DNA of 64,000 bases from Chrysomallon squamiferum (lineage: Eukaryota > Animalia > Mollusca), in NCBI GenBank assembly GCA_012295275.1, contig CM022666.1, positions 10,912,001-10,976,000 on the forward strand. Reading direction: 5' to 3'. Positions 1-12,686 of this stretch are shown one piece after another; within the stretch, counting starts at the first letter, position 1, and each line of letters begins with the position of its first letter. Under the pieces are notes generated by a model. The model saw nothing but the letters and a program-made list of their open reading frames with translations, searched no databases and was not told the DNA's origin. A program made the translations under genes and the position numbers.

Positions 1-353
1 AAATATTTGCCCAGATATTAATGTAATTCATGAATAAATTAGTTTAATAAATTTCGCATAGCTTTAATTAGTTCAGCATTAAATTTAACTCCACGAGTGT
101 AAATGAGTTATTTTCTGACTTATTACAAAGAACAACATTCGAAATTTTAAAAATATAATTAGACGTTACCGATCTGGCTAGTAATGCACATAATAACATG
201 TAAATTTATTCAGTTCAGTGTTACGTTTAACTAGACTTAATCGTATCTATAATTTTTGTGTTATTTGTTTATTTTGAATTACAAACTAAACTGTTATGGA
301 TTTTTTGCAGTGAGCGTTTAATAAAGAAATATGTAAATATTCTTTATTGAAAA

Positions 354-977
354 TTACTCGACCATCGACACGAACATTTCGTAACAAGCACTAAAATTGC
401 TGTTGTCAGTTGCGTTGAACACGCCAAAGTAGTCCCCGGATGCAAGTGGGATCTGAACATTTATCTCAAAGTCTGTCGCTGGAAGTACGTATTTCCCCTG
501 AAAAAATCAAATAGTCATAAAAAAACGAAACAAATATATTTGTGTAAGTCGAGAGAAAAAGCCACTGAAAGAGAAATAGCAAGAACTAGAGTCGAAGCAT
601 ACTTCTGCTGTGGATAGAATGCATTTAAGTTCAAATATGCTGATTTTCTTCTAATCGATGTGTTTTGGTTGCAAATGTACACTTAATGAAAACTTTAGAT
701 TAAAAAAAAAGAAAAAGGCCATAGATAATAAGTATGTTTTTAACCTTATTCAACTTCAGTGAAATGTAAAAATCCAATGCTCTGTCAACTGTGTTAACAA
801 ATATTCCATAAATTATTATTTCAGCATGAAGATTTTTATAAGTTAATAAATATTCCATAAATTATTAGGTCAGCATGAAGATTTTTATACGTTTGCTTTT
901 TTTCTTCAGTAATCTGTTTATAAACAAGGATAATAATTTTAACTTTTTTATATTTTTTCTTTATTTTATTATTATTA

Positions 978-1050
<73 letters not shown>

Positions 1051-1436
1051 TCTGTATTTCTTTATCTATTTTGAATCTTACACACAAAATGTTCGCTGAT
1101 AAAAGATAATCTTGATAAGCCAATAATAATATTTTGTGCGTGTCAAGGCAGATTAAAGGATTTGACAAACATAGTAAACAGAAATTACTGACCTTGTAAT
1201 TACAGTGCGTGTTTGCCTGGAGGCGTGTAAACCAACAGTTTTCCATTAACTTCTTTGTCTACTTAGATTTTGTTAAGACATGTTATTCTTATTGTAATAA
1301 TGATACCCCGTGGGTATTTGTCTGTGTGTGCGTGTTTATCTGTGTGTGTGTGTGTATATATATGTGTGTGTTTACATATGTGTGTATGTGTATATGTGTG
1401 TATGTGTATATATATATGTGTGTGTGTGTGTTTGTA

Positions 1437-1535
<99 letters not shown>

Positions 1536-2911
1536 TCTACGTGTTCATGGTTACAGTGAGTGTATAACATGGACGTTACAACATATGCTCATTGCATTAG
1601 AAAACATGTTTTTATTAAAGTTACTGTTTTGAACGAACATAAATTATTTGAAAGTGATGAGTGACAGCTAGAGTATTAGCTCGTGTATTTAGATGTAATT
1701 TGTTTAACTTAAACCTAAATCCACTCTATACAGTACGCAGTGTACACATTTACGTAAATAATTATTTTTAGTCAGATTTGATAGACAACATAAGCTTACC
1801 ATATTAGCGTGCATGGTATGAAATAATTAGTTAACATTAATATTAATATTTTAATATCATATATATAGAAACAATTTTTTATTAAAATACCGTCATATGA
1901 TATTTGATATTTATTTTTATTAATGGTAATATTTTAAAAGTCCATATGACAATATAATCTTTCTGTATTAGATTAATATAAATTAATATTTCATACTGTT
2001 ATATGTATAGATAAAACAGGCTTCCCTGGTTAAGAGTGCCTGGAATATATTACACAGTTTACAACGTGTGTTATTCTGTACGTAATTCAAATCAAATCGC
2101 AGATTAAGTAGTCCGTTTCAGTTATATATTTTGTCTTAATGAAACTGACTAACGAAATACATAAAATCGTATTGGAATAGTTCATCCTAATTTACAATAT
2201 TATTATGATGCTATGAATGTAATGTCTAAACATCTGGTTTGAAAATAGAGTCACATTTTGCCTACGTTAACTGGAGTAGGAGAGAACCGGATATTAATTG
2301 TTACTAACTGAGTCGATTCTATCAAAGAAAATAATTATACCTGACTTGGTTTAAGAAATATAAAGGCACTATCAGGGTGTTTGTGTGTATGTATGTAAAT
2401 ATGTATGTGTTTGTGTTTGTTTGTCTGTGTTTGTGTGTGTGTGTGTGTGTGTGTGCGCGCACGTGTCAAATTTACGCAGCTAGATGCAGCTGTTTTCTGT
2501 GGTATACAAAAGATATTTCAATACATTAAAAAAGACATGTTTACATTATGAAAATCCAACAAAGCAATGGTAAAATTTAATGATTAGTTCATTTAAATCA
2601 TAGGCTATCTGTTATACTTACGACATTAAAGGGGCACTGGCAGGGTATACCATGCTGAGTAAAAGGATCGGGACAATAGACAATCATGTCTAGGATCTGA
2701 CAGAAGTCGTCATAGTTACAGGATCCGAACTGCTCGATGCACGGAATGCTCACCCACGAACCCATCATCTTCTTTTTAATCTGTACAGCAACCTGTTTAC
2801 AACGACATTCAACAAGTTAACAGGTGCTGAACATTTGTGAATAAATTCATAAACAGTACTGATCTTAAAAAAAAAAAAAAATAAAAAATAAATAAATAAA
2901 TAAATAAATAA

Positions 2912-2963
<52 letters not shown>

Positions 2964-4090
2964 CATTATTTTTAAAAATGTATTTGCATATGGTTTTTCG
3001 TTTTTAATACAATATTATTTTGAAATGATTTAGATAAACCGATTTAGCCACAGATCCCACTCTAAAACTTAGCCTGTCTGATTAATAGCTATCTCTAGAA
3101 GGAATCTACTGAAATCAATACAGTTAATTAACTTACACGTTCAGTCTGTTATTTTTACTTAATTTAATAATGATGTTGTGGTTTTTCGCTTTACTTTGTT
3201 CTTCTTTTTCTTTTGTGTTCTTCCACTTATAAATAATAAATACAAAATATTGTGATTACTAATTTAAAATTATTTAAAAACTCCAACTGCATGTTAGTAG
3301 AAATAGCTTGAAAACTGTCCACATTATAAATTATTAGCCGAGAGTTTACAGCGCACGGAAATTCGCTGATATCGCTGTCTTTCAGGTTATTTGAATTAAC
3401 TTTGCTAAATAGTTCATGTGTAACCTACATTTATTTTATGTCTTAAAAGTCTGTTAAAAGTAACTTTATATCACTTAGAAATACAATAAGTTTTTTATTT
3501 GTTTGTTTGTTTGTTTGTTTTTGTTTTTGTTTGTTTGTTTTTTTTTTTTTTTTTGTTATTGGGTTTTTTTGTGGGTTTTTTTGTTTGTTTTTTTGTCTTT
3601 TTGTTTGTTTGTTTGTAACCTTAAATGGTGAATCTATTTTAGCCATGTTGTTGACTGAAAAAGCGAGAGTTATCGTCCCGGGAATGGAGACTGGGTCCGG
3701 AGTGAGGCTGAAGTTAGTGATCAAAGCCGTCGTCTTCTTCTGCGATTCACAACTTTTCCATACGAACGACTTGACTCTGTTAGTTTTAGAGATACCCTGA
3801 AAAATTAAAATACAAAACATATAATTATTACAGTCATTATCGCTGATGATATCTTTATTCATACTTTATATAAGATTTCGTAAAAACAATAAATAAATAA
3901 ATAAAAATATTAAATAATAAAAATAATAATAAAAGAAATTAAATTTCTAAAACCCAAGGTAAATAATCAAAGAAAAAAATCCAGTTTAAATTTAGAAGTA
4001 AATTTTGGTATACACAAATACTTACTAAAAACATTTTTAAAAACCACTATTTCACCAGAAAATTTTAAATCACGGATACATAAATTTACC

Positions 4091-4145
<55 letters not shown>

Positions 4146-4730
4146 CAGACTACATTCCAGTAGATTCTAAAAAGGACACTCATCAGTAATTTCTAAATAT
4201 TAGCACCAGAACATTCTAGAATAAGGACACTTTCCAGAACATTCCATAATACGGAACTCAACATATACTTTTTGAAACATGAATATTCACGTGTACTTTT
4301 TAAACCACGGATATACACCAGTAAAAACAACAATACACCAGAACATTTAAAAACACGAATACACAACAGTATATTTTAAAACATGAACACACAAGAGTAT
4401 ATTTTAAAATACAAACACTCTTCGGTACTTATTGAAACAGGACACTCTTTAATACATCGTAGAACACAAATAATCTTCACAACATTAATGTTTGAAATAA
4501 AGCGACTCACAGCCACATTCTAAAACACAGACGCTCACAACATGATATCAAATCCTCACCAGCTTTTTAAAATATGTCTCATCTCTGTATCGCTCAGGAA
4601 TCCTCGGTTTCACCAAAACCTTCAGTACATCGTAATCGTCTTCCAAATCCGTGTCCCGCGACTCGAACCTCACCACGTCGGCAACAGCCACGACAACGAC
4701 CAAAACTAGTACAGCGACGACAGACTTCAT
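354..4730 (-). CDS. GM2A: GM2 ganglioside activator-like ML-domain lipid transfer protein, 4 coding exons
   Basis: Exons 4730-4560, 3796-3620, 2792-2622, 497-354, all GT-AG, phase 0. Signal peptide MKSVVAVLVLVVVVAVA, then FVWKSC...SLTPDPVSIPG...WVSIPCIEQFGSCNYDDFC...CPDPFTQHGIPCQCPF...GKYVLP...GDY...C, the GM2AP cysteine pattern. Confidence 0.92.
793..889. repeat. Two-copy ~49-bp tandem duplication in GM2A intron 3
   Basis: gttaa(c/t)aaatattccataaattatta..tcagcatgaagatttttata occurs twice in tandem. Confidence 0.85.
963..1533. repeat. (TTA)n and (TG)n/(TATG) microsatellites
   Basis: Seen directly; they generate the spurious poly-L, CV and HT ORFs in the track. Confidence 0.95.
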
Positions 4731-5019
4731 TGCCGGTTACGTACTTGCAGAAGTTGTTGATATGTTAATGAAAGGTTGTTATTATGTTATCATTGTCTGA
4801 TAATTGCAGACCTTTGCACTTTGTTAATCTCTGTCAAAGTTCAAGGACACATTAAATCATTCCCCCTATCTAATATTATGCGGTACGGATAGTAATATAT
4901 CTACATTTCTCTCATTTTCATCATCAAATATAAAATGAAATTTTTATTTTATTTTTTTATATATCATCACTATATTAAGAAAAATAAATAAATGTGTATA
5001 TTTGTATATATGTTTGTGT

Positions 5020-5084
<65 letters not shown>

Positions 5085-5139
5085 AGTGTGTGTTGTATTC
5101 GATTATTTTGGGACGGTAATATTATTATTATTAAATAAT

Positions 5140-5186
<47 letters not shown>

Positions 5187-5554
5187 TTTTATTCTTGGTT
5201 TCTCTTTTTCTTTTATTTTCTCCTTGCTGCTTCAAATTGTTCAACAGTGCAGTGTTTCTCAGTCAGTTTTCATAAATAAAATGTATTTTACGGTCTACTG
5301 GAAGATGCACATTAAAAAATAGTCTTAATTTCTTTTCCCGTGTTATCATTATAAAGATATACAAGAGTAATAATATTAAGCAATACAATTATGTTTGATA
5401 CGATTAATATTAAAATGTTATGTGTCATTACGCGTTCATTGAAAGAATACTGAAATATTTGAACACGAGCTTAAATGTATGTATGTGTGTGTACACACAC
5501 ACATACACTCACATAGGATTTAAATTTATGCAGAAGTAAAAACATTCTCATACG

Positions 5555-5651
<97 letters not shown>

Positions 5652-5936
5652 TTTAATTTTGCCTAACTCGTGTGCTTTTCACTTTTTCTCACAACAACTT
5701 TTTCAATAACTTTATTTCGTAATTTTTCGTATGAACAAAATTAAACGAAGTAAACAAAAAAGATAACGAAACCGAAAAAGAAACAAAAAATAGTTCCACA
5801 GTATTTCAAAAAGCCAAAAAGAATGCAATATATTAATTCTTTTTAACTGTAACCGCTCTTAAATATTTTAAAATATTTTTGGTATATTTGTTTCTTTTTG
5901 ACTTCCTTATCTTTCGCTTTAATATTATTTATTTAT

Positions 5937-8900
5937 TTAATAATTGCTATTCCCAAAGTCATCTTCATATTCAATAATTTTACGTTCAAACTGTGTCCCT
6001 TCATTATCTGATTCACCACCTTTCTCGCCATAGCTATTCTTCCTATCACTTTCGTCATTTTCCATCACCCTCCAGATAGCACGTCTCTCTTCCGCTGTTG
6101 CAGTATCGCTGCTGGCGTGCCTCTGCCGTTTTGAAAAGCTGACGTCGTTGTAATCATCAAATATTTCTGCTGTTGAAGGGTAAACTTCTTCAGAAGCTTT
6201 AATTTTAGAGTTATCCTTGCTTTTTTTAACATTGTCTTCTGTTTCCAACTGAGAAGATGGAAAATCTTCAACTATTAGTTTATTTTTGGTTCTGCTATTT
6301 TCATTTTCCTCTTCGTTTTCAGTTTCTATGGTCCCGCGTTTAAAAATTTTAGATCTACCATCAGAGTTTGCATTTTGTTGTTTCGTGGCTGTCAGAATAT
6401 CGCCTATACTCATCTCTGAATTGTCCTCATCGTACTGTGCAGCATGCTTGGCAATAAAACTGGCGTTTGTATATCTAATCTCATTTTTATCAGTTTCTTG
6501 TTTTGTACCGGATATGACTTTTTGCTTGTCGTTTTCAGCAAGTACAAACTTTTCAACAGCATCAGCCACGTTTTCACGCTGTTCTGATTCACGGGCCTCG
6601 TCGGGTTTATTGTCAAATTCAACTTTTTGTCCTTTATTCTTGTTGCCATCTACCTGTTCTATGACTACGTAAAAATGTTTCTTGCCTTTATACACACGTC
6701 CAATCCTTAGAACTGTATCTGTTTGTTTTCGATCGTTAAGTTTCCTTTCTCCAGAGTTATCTCTGTTCTCTGTTAGTCGTTCAGTTTTACCTTGTCGCCC
6801 TTTCTTTCTTTTAGAGATTTATTTTTTTCAGAGCTCTCACCCGGGTTCGCTTTGCCTCCGTTTGTGTCATCAGCGTCCACCTTGAACTTGAGAATGTATT
6901 TAATTTTTCCACCTGCTTTTTTCAAGCTGTTACGGTTCTCTTTTGATTTAATGGCTTTATTCTCGTAGCCCTGTTGTTCATCCGCTATATTTTTCTTCTT
7001 TCGCATAAGTCGACGTTTTTTTATTGAAATTATTTTTTTCGCATTTGTTTCATTTTCATGCTCATCTTTTCGGTTAATCGCATCTTCTTTTGTACGACGC
7101 CATATATTACGCTTTTCAGATTCATCTTCGTCTTTTCTTGATTTTCTCATTTTTCTAATTCTGCCAACATTTTCTGTGGCTTTCGTTTCCTTCGTTCTGA
7201 CTTTTTTTCTTCTTCTAGGCATGTCCCGTGTTAGTCTGTTTCGCTGTTTGTTACCGATTTGACTCTCGTTTATTCTTGTATTCTCTCGCTCTCTTCCTGT
7301 CCACTGTAACTGACTGTCATCATTTCGAGTTACGTATTTGAGATCTTCAGAATTTTCCATCTCTCTTTTGCTTCCATTCTGGAAAATGTCCGTCACGCTG
7401 GCGACTCCAATACCATCAGTCTCAACACCAACGTTTCCACTCGGTTTTCTACCATCTCTTACCATCTGATAGACTTTTCTGTCAGCTGCTTCTGACTGTG
7501 ATGGAAGTAAACGATGCTGTTGTCGTAGATTTTTGTGAAATAAACCCCGACCTTTTTGTATAGATATTCGTGGTTTTTCTTTTTCCTTTGGATGATATAT
7601 GCTCAAATGTTCTTCTCCTCCTTCATTTTTTTCCACTTGTTCCTGTTCTTTTTCTTCTTTAGACGTGAGAGATGGATTCTGCTCGAAAGCCCTCAGCTTT
7701 TCCTTCCCTTCTTTGTTAGTGTCACCAAGAACACTGTCCAAATCATCTTTTGAAAGGTAACTGTTCAGTTTTAGAATACGCTTTTGGATGCTGGTCATCG
7801 CAGAGTCCAAAGCTTTGTCCAGTCGTGAATTCATCTTCTCCAGCTGCTGCTGAAACGAAATCCTTTCTTTTTCTTCTAGAGATCGTTTCGCTTCTATCGA
7901 GTCTGGAATCCATTCTCCGTCCTCGACTGAACGCTTTGTTCTAACAGTGTCCAAACTGGGGTCCATGTTTGAGACACCGTGCTTCGTTTCCTGGTCTTTT
8001 AGAGATGGCTTCGTTTTCACAGAATTTAAAACTGTTGCCTTGTCTTTTAGAAATCTCTTCATTCTAGCCAATTTTGAAATCGTTTCATGATCTCTAAGAA
8101 GTCGTTTCGCTAAAATCATCTTTGAGTTTATTTTTTTCTTTGCAAGCGACTGCTTTTTAGTAATCCATTCTTTGTCATCCATATAACGTATCTTTTTAGG
8201 CAGACTTGAAATTTTATCTTTATGTTTCACGGACCGCTTTGTTTTACTCGAATCATCAGAAGAAGGGTCGTTTGAAACGCTGCGTTTCTTCCTTCTTTTT
8301 CTTCCGATGTCCAGATTTAAAGTTCTTCTCCTGTGACTTGGAGGACCGGCGTCATCAACATCATGTTCAATTCCGTTAGCATCTGAAAAATGTCGACGAA
8401 ACATTTTACATTACTGCTGCTGTTGTTGTTGCTATTACGAACATTTGTTATCCTATAATGAATACTAATACAAATACTACTTCTAATTCTAATACTAATA
8501 TCAATACCAATAATAGTTTCATATTATCATCACTATTATACCATTTTTTCATACTTTTCCATAGGGGCACATTACATAATAATATTGGGAAAATATCAGA
8601 AGCAGGGTTTTGAAAATGTGTAAAAGTCAACAGCCTAATCCTATAGTCATATTAATTTCTAAGTTAATCTTGACAGGAACAGAGTTCCGGTTCGTTTTCG
8701 TATACCTCGTTTCCGTTTTTGTGGCGGCACATCGAGGTTCTCGTTGCTGACTTTTTCTCCAAAACCTTCGTTGTATTTGTAGTTTATTTTCACATACGTG
8801 TTGTCTTCGTCGTGATCCTTCATGTCAGGCATGTTGGGTACGTCTCTCTGAGAAATAAAAATCAGAAGAAAAAAAGAAACAAAAAATCTTTACTTTTATA

Positions 8901-9797
8901 CATACGTGCTTATATATTTATATACACACTGATATTTGTTTACTAATTTAAAATGCCTGTTTTGATGTTTACTCGTATATATGTAAATGTGTGTATTTGT
9001 GAGTGTTTGCGTTTGTGTGTGTGTTCATAAAGAAAAAAAAATTGGTGTAAATCTTCGCAAATATATTATTTTGTCTCACAGTCGCATAACTAAAGTTTAG
9101 CAAGTATGGCAAGCGCCGTGGGCTCAACTGCGCACTTTCTACTAAACTTCACTGGCATTGTTAAGCCGATTTCATAGTAAAATTATCTGAAAAACATGTG
9201 TGAGATATAATCCATAGCTACACTCCTAGTCTTTCATAATTTTTGTTGCAAATAACAATAATAACAATGTAAAATCGAATTTAAAAAGTGGAGTGAAAGA
9301 GAAAAGAAAGGAAAGAAAAGAATTTATAAATGAAAAAAATAATTTAAATAAAAAAAAATAAAAAGAATAAAGAAAGGAAAAGGAAAAATAACAAAATGTT
9401 TACCTTGGAAACGCAGTGGCCGTAACCGGGTAACGCACGCACACAAATCTGATTAAGTCCAGGACAGTCGGACGTTGACAGACATATCTGTGGAAATACT
9501 CTTCTCTGAAAATGTCAGCGCGTGTGTCCGTGTGTCAGTAAATCTGTACTTGTGTCTATACGTATGTTATTTGTTTCTGTACTTGTGTCTCTGTGTTTGT
9601 AATTTGTTTCTAAATTTAAATCTGTATGTGTATTTATTGCTGCATTTACGACTATATGTTTGTAGTTTGTTTCTGTGATATTTATTATCAACCGCTTCGT
9701 ATAACTAAACCTATAGTCTCACCTTCTGGATCCTTCTACTGTGACAGCCACAAACAAGAACAAGAAGATGAATAACTAGTGACCTGAAAACTTTCAT
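5937..9797 (-). CDS. Unrecognised secreted precursor, paralogue A (signal peptide, 4-Cys module, many basic cleavage sites, long charged tail)
   Basis: Exons 9797-9723 (MKVFRSLVIHLLVLVCGCHSRRIQK), 9505-9404 (RRVFPQICLSTSDCPGLNQICVRALPGYGHCVSK), 8847-8706 (...PPQKRKR), then 8382 onward (DANGIEHDVDD...). Phases 0,0,1 are consistent. The frame stops at 6773, but a second frame is open from 6818 to 5937 (frameshift or 71-nt intron). Confidence 0.8.
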
Positions 9798-10569
9798 TCT
9801 CTTCTTCTCTCTTTTCAAATCATGGATAAATAAATAACACATCTGCAACAAAGAGTGTATCACAGGCAAATGAAATATTAGCACTACTTCCAGTGTTTAA
9901 TTATCTTCTCCAGAGCGGTTCCAGTGGATCGTGAAAACATGTAGCAAATTAATAATAATAATAATATAGTAACAATAATAATAATAAATATATAAATACT
10001 GAAATAAATTAAATGGTTCGTTATAACAATTACAAATATAAAGAAAAAAAGCGAAACTCTTCGTCAAATTTAAATAAATAAATAAGTAAATTAAAAAGAA
10101 GAATAAAATAAAAGAATAGAAATAACTGCAGAAAGAAAATCGAAAGCGGCAACAGTTGAACAGAACTGAAAATGAGTTTCATCAAAATAATAAGGAATTA
10201 CAAAATAAATGTTACGCGAGCTAACTTTTGATAAAATATAAACTTATCATAAAATAATGATGATGATGATGAATATTTAACCACTGTTCAAGTTTAGTTC
10301 ACCTGTTTATTTACTGCGCTTTTCTAACTGATTTTAACGTTTGACGTCACAGCCGCTATGACAGCGATTCTTGTAAAATTGACGTCATTTATTTATTGTT
10401 TTGCCTCAAAACATTTTATTTTCGTTCTGCAGAGACCTTCAGATATTCCTAAAGTATTTTTTCGTCTGAAAGTTTTGTTGCAGATCCAATTTTTTATGTT
10501 CTAAAATCTACCGCTAAGAACTAGAAAAACAAAAGGTACCAGTGGACTGATTCACAGATAGATAAGTGA

Positions 10570-10624
<55 letters not shown>

Positions 10625-10856
10625 GATATATGGCTGTTATTAGATTTATTGAACTTATATAGTATTTCTTCCTTTTATTTATTTTTAGTTTTCTGTTGTT
10701 GCTGTTGTTATTGTTGATGTTAGCAGTAGTAGCAGTAATTAGTGGGGGAAGTAATATTAGTATGTGTTTTTGTTTCACTATGTTTAGATGTAAACTATAG
10801 TCAGCACACTCGTAAGAACATGGCGTTTTTGACTATTACTCTATTTTATTCATTAG

Positions 10857-10915
<59 letters not shown>

Positions 10916-11085
10916 GCAAATGTGGGTGTGCTTATCCAGTTTGTAATTAATTCCACGTTTCGTATTCTTTTTCATTTCATTTTTGGTTTTGTTATGTTAC
11001 TTATTCAGTTATTTATTTTCTTAAATTTTTAATCAAAATAATACTCACACCAGAATGATTGTTTATTTATTTATTTATTTATTTA

Positions 11086-11117
<32 letters not shown>

Positions 11118-11217
11118 TTTGTTTGTTTTTTTTTATTTATTTATTTATTTGTTCTTGTTGTTGTTGGTTTGTTATTTTACATTTTTTAAAATTATTTAAT
11201 TATTTGGTTATTATTAC

Positions 11218-11270
<53 letters not shown>

Positions 11271-11377
11271 ATGTAACTATGGTTGCAAGACGTGGAAGAG
11301 GACAGATCTATTTTCAAAATTGTTACTGTTCAGCAAATCAAATGTCTTACAAAACTTTAAGTCAGAAATTTTATATA

Positions 11378-12620
11378 TTAATTTATTGTTGCTTTCTGGT
11401 TTTCATGTTCCACTGATTTTTGTATTCTACGCCTGAACCATTTTCTAAATTCGGTTTTCCAATCTGTATTACTTTTGTTTGTTTTAACTTCCGCATCCAC
11501 CTTACGAACTACATTTATTTTTATTTGTTTCTTTTTGCTTTCTTTTACGGTTTCGTTTTTGCTGTTAATTGGAGCCTCGATAGTTTGTTTAATATTTAGT
11601 ACCTCACTTTCATTTGTTTGTTTATTAAGGTTTTCAATTTTGTGTTGGACGTTAATTTTAATTTTTGTACCATTATCGTGATCGCTCCTATTTTTATTCT
11701 CCTTCTTTTCTTGCACGACAGTTGCTGAGCCTTTGCTTGGTTTTGTGTGTTTTTTCACTATTAGACCTAATATTATTTTTTTCGGAGGTTGAACATTTTC
11801 TTCTTCCATTTCATCTTTCTCCACTGCTCTCGTTACTGCTTCTGCCAATTCCTCTGCCGAAAATGGTTCGTCTTCGAATATATATTTATTGGTTTTGTGT
11901 ATCAAATTCTGGAGTTTGTGAATGGCATCGCGTAGTTCTACATCAACGTAACTGTTTCGTTTTAGTAACGCATGTTCAAGAGAAAGAGCCTGGCGCATGC
12001 TCAGATTCGACATTTTTCTCCTGAAAATCGTAGAAAGAGAAGAAAACTCGTCCAGGTTTTCTAGAAGTCCTTTTATTTCTCTTCTTTTTCTTCTATTTTT
12101 ACCTTTTTTTCTCGTTCTTCTTTTTCTTTTTCTTCTGCTTCTCCTTTTTCTTCTTTTTCTTCGTCTTCCAGTTATGTCTAGATTTAAAGTTCTTCTCCTG
12201 TGACTAGCAGGAGCGGAATCATCAACATAGTGTTCAATTCCGTTAGCATCTGTAGAAAATACATAAAAAAATGAAATCACAAATGAATTACGGAGTGAAT
12301 AACATCTTGATAATGATCATTACCATCTATATCACACCACTATATGTATGTGCATTTGCGTGCGTGATACAGATGTAGATACGTAGTCATTTATGCCTTA
12401 TATGTGTCTGTGTGTATGTATGCGTACCTTGTATTATGTGTTTATGAACTTATGCACATTTTTAAGTGTTTATGGGCATGTACGTCAATATATATATATG
12501 TGTGTGTTTGTATTTGTGCTTGTATGTGTTATGTATGTATGTATGTATGTATATAAATACATTTGTATTTATGGACGTATGTATATTGCCGTTTGTCTAT
12601 TATTATTTTAATTATATTTA

Positions 12621-12686
<66 letters not shown>

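Noticed and set aside
875-1632. Poly-L, (CV)n and (HT)n ORFs
   Set aside because: Translations of (TTA)n and (TG)n microsatellites in a GM2A intron.
4200-4545. Degenerate ~30-bp repeats in GM2A intron 1
   Set aside because: Too decayed to define; ordinary minisatellite.
6819-6830. -1 ribosomal slippage on the A-run in paralogue A
   Set aside because: A -1 slip there lands directly on TAA.
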